A stretch of DNA of 64,000 nucleotides, taken from the NCBI RefSeq assembly GCF_009914755.1, contig NC_060935.1; one strand, given 5' to 3'. Positions 54,801-64,000 of the stretch are shown piece by piece; within the stretch, counting starts at the first letter, position 1; every line of letters begins with the position of its first letter. The DNA is from the human T2T-CHM13v2.0 reference genome, Homo sapiens. The translations under genes and the position numbers were made by a program. The notes below the pieces were generated by a model. The model was not told where the DNA came from, searched no databases, and saw only the letters and a program-made list of their open reading frames with translations.

Positions 54801-55799
54801 TTTTCATATACTATACAATTTCATACAATTGTTTAGAGTTTTATAGTTTGTTGTTGCCAGAAGATGTATTGATACATCAGTAATTGCTTTTCTGAAGTTA
54901 TATGGCTTTTCAGTTGAAATGGCCAAACTGCTGCTGTACTATAATTACTGTCTGCATTAGCAAACAACATGTAACATTCAAGGCTAGACTCTGGCCACCA
55001 GAATTTCAGGACACATCAGGAGACAATTTTGCTCGAGATTCTGCTAGAAAGTGGAAGAAAAAAAATAAGGAATTCAAGCAAGAAGAGCCTTCCCTCAGAG
55101 AAATAGAAATTGCGAGGTATTATTGCAGCAGATTCTTCCTCCAGGTTCAGCACCTGCTCAATCACCCAACCCTCCCAATTTGAATAAGTGATTAACAACT
55201 CATTAACAGATCATTCGCTAAATCAGCCCAATGTAGTGAGGAGGGCCCAGGTTCAATAATTTTCCTGGATTATCATCAAATGTAGATTCAAAATTAAATG
55301 TCTTATAAGAATGCTAGTATTTATGCTATTTTTCTATCAGCATAGAGTAAAGTGGTTTGTGGAAAATGACTCTTTCCTTTACATTGAGGGCAACATTATT
55401 ATTGTCCTGTATTGTACCCTTCTGAGTAAAATTTGGGAAGAGTCTGATCCCCTAACTCCATTTCCATCTCAGAGTTTCCCAACTTGTTGGGTGGATTCAT
55501 GATTGCTGCTGGACCATTGGCAATTTCAGTTTTATGTCTACTCCCAACAGCCTCTTGTGTTGGTCAAAACAGGTCAGATGTTGATTTTGGTTACTCAATG
55601 ACCATTCTCTGCACTTCATATGAGAAATTAACCTTTTCCCCATGTTTACAGTCTGATGAAAAGATGACACACAACACAAATGAAGCCAGTTGGAGTCTAC
55701 CATCTTGAATACAATTTCTTAAGCAGAGATTTAAAAAGATTGATAATGGTTGTCATTCCAATTCATTACAGAAGTAGGTTTAGGTTCTAATCAGTTGTG

Positions 55800-55962
55800 G
55801 TTTCTGCCTTTACAAGTGCCTTGGCTTCTGCCTGCATCCAAGCCTGAGTCTCCAGTTTCCCCTTGCTTCTGTGAGTCCTCATTATCTTTCCCATGCATTG
55901 CCTTTGCCTAAACTATACTGAGTCCATTTCTGTTGCTTTCAACCAAAGAATTCTAACAGATA
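55800..55962 (+). mobile_element. ERVL LTR (LTR16/LTR33-like) 3' portion
   Basis: Terminus TTTCTGTTGCTTTCAACCAAAGAATTCTAACAGATA. Confidence 0.5.
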
Positions 55963-56011
55963 ATGTGGGCGTTTGAGCTCCTACTTTCACACTGGTGGAG
56001 AGAAACTGAGA

Positions 56012-56314
56012 TTTTTTTGTTTGTTTGATTTTTGAGACAGAGTCTCACTCTGTTGCCCAGGCTGGAGTGCGGTGGCATAATCTCAGCTCACTGCAACCTC
56101 TGCCTCCTGGTTCAAGCGATTCTCCTGCCTCAACCTCCCGAGTAGCTGGGATTACAGGTGTGCACCACCACATCTGGCTAATTTTTGTATTTTTAGTAGA
56201 GACGGAATTTCACCATGTTGGCCAGGCTCATCTCGAATTCCTGACCTCAGGTGATCCTCCTGCCTCAGCCTCCCAAAATGTTGGGATCACAGGTGTGAGC
56301 CACTGTGCCTGGCT
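56012..56314 (-). mobile_element. Alu (AluSx-like)
   Basis: Antisense dimer with CCTGACCTCAGGTGATCC. Confidence 0.96.
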
Positions 56315-57014
56315 GAGTTAATTCTTAAACTTGGAATCAGTGCTCTCATTGTTCCTACTTAGATGGCTTGCTGTTTGAAAGACTTCTTCATCTCAGACAT
56401 TGCCACTGCTATCCATTCACTGGCACATTCCAGAAAACTGGAAGGCATTTTTAATTCCTTTCTTCATCAACCCCTGCCTTTAGCCATCAACAGGTCTGAT
56501 CATTTCACCTCCAGATGATAGGTAGACTCTGTTCATTTGTCTCAATCTTCATTGCCATTCTTGCCCTTCTGTGGAATACTTTTCACACAGCAACCACACA
56601 ATCCACATTTTTAGCATAAGTTGGATAATCTCACTAGACTACATAAATACTTTCAATAACTTCCTACTGCACTTAGAATTAAATCCCGTGTGACCTACTT
56701 ACTCACTGAGATCTTTTCCTAGCCTCCTCTCTTGCCATTCCCCTTGCAGGGGTGCTTTAGCAAAACTGCACCCCATTCAGATCCTTGGACTACCTGAGCT
56801 ATCTCAGTTTAGGGTTTATTAAACTACCCTGCTATTTCCTCTTCACATGAGTCTTTCCTTTTTGTCCTTCAGGTATTAGTTTAATCACCTCCACAGAGAG
56901 TCCTTCTGTGATCTTCCTATTCAAATAAATTTTGTTTCCTTTAAAGGACTCATAAACTTATAATTGCATATATATTTGTTCCTTTACTAATTTATTGTCT
57001 ATAATCTCCATTCA

Positions 57015-57146
57015 TAGGATAAGCATAAATTATAGTCTGTTTGGAACAGTTCTATTCTGTATCTGCTGTCCCGGCAAATTATTAAAGGTGCTCTCTTTCA
57101 CTCTAAAAGTGTCCAGGTTTAGTCAGTAAATTAAAGGGTCACCCCA
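57015..57146 (-). mobile_element. MER94-like hAT-Blackjack MITE
   Basis: The minus strand reads GGGGTGACC...CCTGGACACTTTTAGAGTGAAAG...AATAATTTGCCGGGACAGCAG, matching the recalled consensus. Confidence 0.7.
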
Positions 57147-57505
57147 GTCTTTAGACTATAAGCATTATAAAATCAAAGACTAATGCTTTTCCTTCTTCTT
57201 TAATTTCATCAAGGCATATCAAGTTTCGAAAAGAAAAACTCTCTTGAGGACCTCACTAATCCATGAGTAAATTATCATCATCAAAATCTTCACAAAAGGG
57301 ATATTCCAGAACACTATAACACTCAGGTGTTACAATGTTTATAACTCACCTCTACTTTACTGTGGCCCATGAGATTTATTTTTCCCTCTCTCCCCTATGA
57401 AAACTTTTATTTCTCCATTCATCCTAAACTGCTGAAATTAGGCTAAACAAATCACTAGATTAAAAAAAATGACACCGTGCTTCTCTTATCCTTATTCGCC
57501 ACTCA

Positions 57506-57506
<1 letters not shown>

Positions 57507-57545
<39 letters not shown>
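57507..57545. repeat. (CT)n microsatellite
   Basis: Directly visible. Confidence 0.9.
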
Positions 57546-58310
57546 ACATTTTAAAAAACTATATACCATTTTTATCAGGCCACCTGAATTTCTTCCCTCT
57601 TTGTCTTCTAAAATGCACTCATCTCTCTATATGCTCTCTTTAAATTTATACTTTGACTTCTAGGTCTACACTCTTGATTCCCTCCCACCCTATTTTCAAC
57701 AACTGGGGCCTTCCAGCAAGGTAATTGAAAGTATTAATGGGTTTTATAACACTAAGATCCAGATTACCATCATTACTATGCCACTTTCTAGCTTTGTGAC
57801 CTTGAGTGGGTTACTTCAACTTTCAAATCTTTAATTTCCTCATTTTTGTAATGAACATAATATTAAAGCGTTATCTTTGAGGATTAAATTCTATCAATAT
57901 GTCATCCTAAAACAAGCTAATCATATAGTTGAGGGCCATTATTATTGTCATCGTGACTCTTGTGTGAAGCATTTAGCACAGTGCTTGGGACAGGTAGATC
58001 CTCTATACTTGCTGTTGTTATAGTCCATGGCGTCGGCATTCATCCTGATCACCAACATGACACCCAAGAACTCTCACATTCTCCACCTCCTTCATCTTCA
58101 CTTAATCTTGACTTGAGTCTTACAGGACCAACACCAACAGACTCCAAATCTCATCTTTACTCACAATGGCACTTCAGCAAACATTTAAATGATCACTTTC
58201 CCTTTTTCTTTCCTGTCTTTCTTCGTTTCTTCATTCCTTTCTATTTACCCAAGTTCCTTTTTTCCTGATATTTGTATCTATACCAGCCTACTTTCAAAAA
58301 CGGTCTTGTG

Positions 58311-58609
58311 GGCCGGGTACAGTGGCTTGTGCCTGTAATCTCAGCACTTTGGGAGGCTGAGGCGGGTGGATCATGAAGTCAGGAGTTTGAGACCAGCCTG
58401 ACCAACATGGTGAAACCCTGTCTCTACTAAAAATACAAAAATTAGCCAGGCATGGTGATGCGCACCTGTAATCCTAGCTACTCAGGAGGCTGAGGCAGGA
58501 GAATTGTTTGAACCTGGGAAGTGGAGGTTGCAGAATGCTGAGATCATGCCTTTGCACCCCAGCCCAGGAGAGAGGGCGAGATTCCATCTCACAAAAACAA
58601 AACCAAAAC
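58311..58609 (+). mobile_element. Alu (AluS)
   Basis: GGCCGGGTACAGTGGC... dimer; TSD AAAAACGGTCTTGTG / AAAAATAGTCTTATG. Confidence 0.96.
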
Positions 58610-58614
58610 AAAAA

Positions 58615-59797
58615 TAGTCTTATGTTGCTTAACAAAGGAAATACATTCTGAGAAATGCCTCATTAGGCAATTTCATTGTTTTGCAAACATCGTAGAGTAT
58701 ACCTCACTAATCTACATGGTATAGCCCAATACGCACTTAGGCTATATGATATAGCTATTGTTCTTAGGCTATAAACCTGTACAGAATGTTACTGTACTGA
58801 ATATTGTAGGCCATTTTAACATAATGGTATTTATGTATCTAAACATAAAAAGGTACAGTAAAAATATAATATAAAAGTTAAAAAATACTACACCTGTATA
58901 GGGCACTCACCATGAATGGAGCTTGCAGGACTGAAAGTTGCTCTGGGTGAGTCAGTGAGTGAGTTGTGAGTGAGTGTGAAGGCCTAGGATATTTTACAGT
59001 ACACTATTGTAGACTTTGTAAACACTATACACTTAGGCTATACGAAAATTATAAATAATTATTTGTATTTCTTCCATAACAAATTAATCTTAGCTTACTG
59101 TAACATTTTCTACTTCATAAGCTTTTAATTTAACTTCCTGATTTTTCAAATAACATTTAGCTTAATCATGAACACATTCTATAGCCGTACAAAAATAATT
59201 TTCTTTCTGTATATCCTTATTCTATAAGATTATTTTTATTTTTAAAACTTTTTATTTTATTTTTTTACTTCTTAAACTTTTTGTTAAAAAGCAAGACACA
59301 AACATGTTAGCCTACACCTACACAAGGTCAGAACCATCAGTATCACTGACTTCCACCTCCACATCTTGTCCCAGTGGAAGGTCTTCAGGGACAGTAACGC
59401 CCATGGAGCTGTCATCTGTGATAACAATGCCTTCTTCTGGAAACCTCCTGAAGGCCCCGCCTGAGGCTGTTTCACAGTTGGCTTTTTATAAGTAGAAGTA
59501 CACTCTAAAATAATGATAAGAGTATGGTATAGTAAATACATAAGTCGGTAACATAGTCATTTATTATTATTATTGAGTATTAGGTACTGTACATAATTTA
59601 TATGACCAACAGCACAGTAAGTGTGTTTACACCAGCATCACCACAAACACGTAAGCAATGTATTGCACTATGATATTATGATGGCTACAACGTCACTAGG
59701 TGATAGGAATTTTTCAGCTCCCTTATAATCTTATGGGATCAGCATTGTGTATGTGGCCCACTGTTGATGGAAAGTTGTTATGCAGCATGTGACTATA
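58615..59797 (-). mobile_element. Tigger3 (Tigger3b/Golem-type) DNA transposon, about 1.2 kb
   Basis: The minus strand reads TAGTCACATGCTGCATAAC...CCCATAAGATTATAAGGGAGCTGAAAAATTCCTATCACCTAGTGACG. The opposite end reads CATTCTGAGAAATGC...AAACCTGTACAG.ATGTTACTGTACTGAATA. Confidence 0.88.
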
Positions 59798-59945
59798 CAT
59801 TTTTTTAATCTCCAGAGAGTTAGTTTAAAAAAAAATCCTTATGGAGAGTATAATTTTTTTAAAAAAGATGAGAAGTAATGTAAATAAATAAACTTGGATA
59901 CCTCTTAGAATATTAGTGAATTCATAACTACTGCAATCCTTATCT

Positions 59946-60510
59946 TATAGGCAGCCACTGAGACGGCCCTGGTGATCCTGCCTCTCTGTATTTATACCCT
60001 TGAGTATTCCCCTGCCTTTGAGTGTGGGTTGGACCTAGTGACTTCTTCTAACCAATAGGATTAGGAGAATGTGATGGAAAATCAACTTCTATGATTCGGT
60101 AACAAGTCAACAAGTTAGTAACAAGAAGAGGTTGAGATTGTAACTTCTGTGTTGCTAGCCAGCTCCCTCGTCTTATTGGGTTGCACACTTAGATGACGCA
60201 AGCTGTCATGCCAGAGATACCACATAATAAGGAACTGAGGGCACCCTTTGGCCAATATCCAGCCAAGAAAAGAGGACCTTAGCTTACCAGCCCATGGGAA
60301 ACTGAATCCTGCAAACACTCACAGGAGCTTGGAAATAGAATCTCCTCCCCAATGAAAGCTTTGTGATGACCACAGCTCAGCCAACACTTTGACTGTAACC
60401 TGTGAAGGATGCTGAAGTAGCAGAGCCACTTAAGCCATGACAATATGTATGACATTTTGAGCTGCTAAGTTTTAGGGAAAATTTATTACATAGCAGTAGG
60501 TAACTAGCGC
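59946..60510 (+). mobile_element. MLT1-family (MaLR) solo LTR
   Basis: TTTGAGTGTGGGTTGGACCTAGTGACTT...AAGGAACTGAGG...GAACTGAATCCTGC-like motif...GCTAAGTTTTAGGG...CATAGCAGTAGGTAACTA. Confidence 0.8.
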
Positions 60511-61924
60511 AACTGGTTGCCTTTTCTATTATTTCTCTCATTTCAAGTTCAAGGTGTTGAACACTGTAGATATTTTAAAATCTTGCCACCTGGAAGTCCT
60601 ATAACCTTGTACTATCTAACCTTAATTTGGTCTTCACCATTGCCTGGAAGGAGCTTGCTTATTCATGATTTCCTTTCAGTGCTACTGAGTACCTTTCAAA
60701 CTTTCTTCTACTGGTAGCATTCTCAGCTAACTCATCCTCTGATTTTAGTGAGAAGTTTAACCTTAGCCATCCTCAGGGATTCCAAATCCCTTCTTTTAGT
60801 GTTGATGTTTCCCTGTTTTTAACCATCCTCCTCCTTTTCTTCTGTATCAGAGGAGGGGGTGGGCCTTTTTTCTGATGACCGCCCTTCCACCTCTGCTAAT
60901 GAGGCCTCTTCCCTCAAACCTCTCCCTGACATTGTTACAGCAATTAAACTTCTCCATCCTAGGTTCCATTTTTCCTGTCCCTATTCAATAACTTCTACCC
61001 CTTTGATGTAGCTATAACTACATCTCACCTATCCTATAGAAATAATAAGAATTAACCCCCAAACAGAACAAAACATCAAATGCTGACATCCTTTCTGCCC
61101 TTAAGTTCTCTTTCTGTTCTTTACCGGGCGTCGCCTATGCTTGTCCCAGATTCCTCACCTTTTCTTCATTTACCAACATTTAGCCCACTTTCAAAGTACA
61201 GCTGCTGTCCTAGTGAAAGATAATTGTCTCAACTTCTGTCACACAAACACTCCATCTCCCACAGTCTTTTTGACACTTAAAACATCCCATTTGTGTCCTC
61301 TGATCATTCCTTTTTCCCCCCAGCTCTATGCCTTCTTCTTTCTACCCACTGAAAGGGGACTCTGTCCTCAACTACTCTTTTTTTTCTTTAGTTTTAAACA
61401 AATATTCATTAAGCACCTCTGTGTCTTAGATATTGTACTAGGTACTACATCTATGTGTCATCTTCGATAGTTTTCCTTCTCCTTTTCTTCTATTCTTATT
61501 TTAGCTTTCACTGTGGCCTGAAAATCATTGTATGAATTTCATATTAACTCCTCACAGAAATCTTTGTGACTACTCATTTGTGCATTTTGTCTCCCTCAAA
61601 CCTCAAATTTTGCCCCTGTCTTCATCTCTCTCAGCTTGTGGCTAAATCAGCATATCGTCTATTGCGTGACTTCTTGCATCCATTCCCTCCATTGCCTTCC
61701 ACTGCTATCGCCCTAAGTCAGGCCCTTGCTACTCCCTTCCTAAGCTACTTCGTCTTCTCATAGTTTCTCCTTCTTTCTCTCAATCGATCTCTGTTCTGTT
61801 CTATTCTGTCCCTCCCTTTCCCTTCCCTTTCATCCCCCTCCATTCCTCCCCTCTCTTTCTCTTCCCTTTCTCTGACTGCTATTAGTTAGGTAGATTTGGT
61901 TTGATCTACAATATCCCTCCAAGC

Positions 61925-62232
<308 letters not shown>

Positions 62233-62777
62233 AAGCATTTGTTTTCATTCCTGGTTTACCAGTGCAAGTCTCCATTCCTAAAGATTCTGAGATAATTGGT
62301 TTAAACTGGGACTTGAGCCTTGGTATTTTCAGCTTTAATATATAGCCAGAGTTTTAAAAAAATAAAAAAATAAAAAAACAAAATAAAAACACTGAATTAG
62401 CTAATTTGAGAAGTTTTAGTGTTTTCTCACCGATCATTGAAAGAAGTTCCAGTTTTTTAATGTGACATTTCAAAAGCACTATGATTCCAAACACGTTTAA
62501 AATCGTAATTCTTAGTGCATTCTCATATGGATACTTATCCAGCTGAACTACCTGTTATACTTGTATGTTACTTGACGTCTTCCATAAGTATACTTCTGCT
62601 CATAATGTTTTCATTAGCAAGCTTGATATTACTGCCCTATCCTGACTTCTCTACTTGTCAAAATCCCAGTTAATAACATTCAAAACTTTTGTAATAATAA
62701 ACTCAAATAAACTCAAACCCCAGCACTCAAATATTTGGGCAAAGGACATGGATACACATACATAAAAGATAAATTGC

Positions 62778-63074
62778 AACTGGGTTCTGTGGCTCACTCC
62801 TGTAATCCCAGCACTTTGGGAGGCTGAGGCAGGAGGATAGCTTGAGCCCAGGAGTTCGAGACCAGCCTGGGAAACATGGCAAAATCCCACCCTTATAAAA
62901 AATACAAAAATTAGCTGGATGTAGTGACACGCGTCTGTAGTCCCAGCTACTCCTGAGACTGAGGTGGGAGGATTGCTTGATCCCAGGAGGCAGAGGCTAT
63001 AGGCAGCTGAGATTGTTCCATTGCCCTTTAGCCTGGTCAACAGAATGAGAATTTATCTCAAAAGAAAAAAAAAA
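62778..63074 (+). mobile_element. Alu (AluJ-like)
   Basis: GGAGGATAGCTTGAGCCCAGGAGTTCGAG; TSD AAAAGATAAATTGC / AAAAGGTAAATTGC. Confidence 0.95.
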
Positions 63075-63259
63075 GGTAAATTGCTAATAGCTGAACATAA
63101 GAAAAAAATTACAAACTCAAATACAGATTTAAATGGCAATAGGATACTTATTTCAAATACAATCATTATTCTTTTAAAAAATAACATTTAGTTCTGGGAA
63201 AAAGCTTGTGAGACTAGCAACTGCATTTACTGCTACTGAAAATGTAACTTGTACTTTTG

Positions 63260-63580
63260 TTTTTGCCATATGTCGCAAAATGTAGTGAGAATCCTAAAAT
63301 CATTTTTAATATAGTAATTCCACTCATACAAATTTATCCTAAGGAAATGATCAGAAATTCAGACAAAGATTTATATGTAAAGATATTGAGCAAAGTGTTG
63401 TTTATCACAGCAAAACACTAGAAACAAATTAAACGTCCAATAGTAGGGGAATGACTATATAAATCATCCACATGTTAGACTGTCTGCATCCATTAGAAAT
63501 AATCTTTACAAAAAATGTAATGATGTGGAAAAAAAGGGATGATGCTTAAGTGAAAAATTATCTAACAACTTATATACATT
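63260..63580 (+). mobile_element. L1ME-like 3' fragment
   Basis: AGTAATTCCACTC...AATTTATCCTAAGGAAAT...TGTTGTTTATCACAGCAAAACACTAGAAACAA...GTCCAATAGTAGGGGAATG. Confidence 0.7.
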
Positions 63581-64000
63581 ATTATTTGGGATGGACACTT
63601 ATTTCTTACTCTTGATGATTCCTTCCTTGCAGGAAATGGAGGGCACATCCATTAGCGTTACTTCTAGTCTTTTTTTCTTACTTTACGCATTTCACTCCTT
63701 GAAAGGAGTAACTTGACAGATGGGTGAGTTTGCACACTCAATTCTTCCTTCTGCTTTTCTATTTTCATATCTTTTTGGCTCAGAGAACCCACATTCTGGA
63801 CTTTTTCCTATATGTAAAGGATTTTCAATGGCAGTTCCTAAAATAGGGAGGTCCACAGTTGTCCAGCAGTTCTCGTCCCTGTGTGGGTAAACCTGCCAAA
63901 TTTTATGTTCAAGTGTACTAGGTGATTTACATACATCACTTCATTTAATGTTTACAAAAGTTGGAAGTCACTATTTCCATTGTACAGATGGGGAAATTGA

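Overview
Primate (probably human or ape) nuclear DNA, AT-rich and repeat-dense, intronic or intergenic. No protein-coding exon or prokaryote-type system could be supported. Almost every ORF in the track is an Alu, L1, LTR or tandem-repeat artefact. The window holds about 11 Alu elements, solo LTRs (MLT2, MLT1, THE1, LTR12, MER52), several L1s (including an apparently full-length ~6.7 kb L1MA-type copy with target-site duplications, TSDs), L2/MIR relics, DNA-transposon fossils (Tigger1, Tigger3, MER3, MER5, MER58, MER94), a 48-bp minisatellite and microsatellites. The most distinctive structure is a head-to-head pair of 7SK snRNA retropseudogenes 1.5 kb apart (29064-29302 minus; 30821-31051 plus). 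They appear to be independent insertions, both are tailless, and both are truncated at about nt 238-239 of 7SK. Next to them lie a palindrome plus tandem-triplication junction and a stack of nested insertions in an old L1. Several repeat-free blocks look like candidate enhancers. Repeat subfamily names are from recalled consensus sequences and need Dfam/RepeatMasker confirmation. Boundaries without a TSD are approximate.
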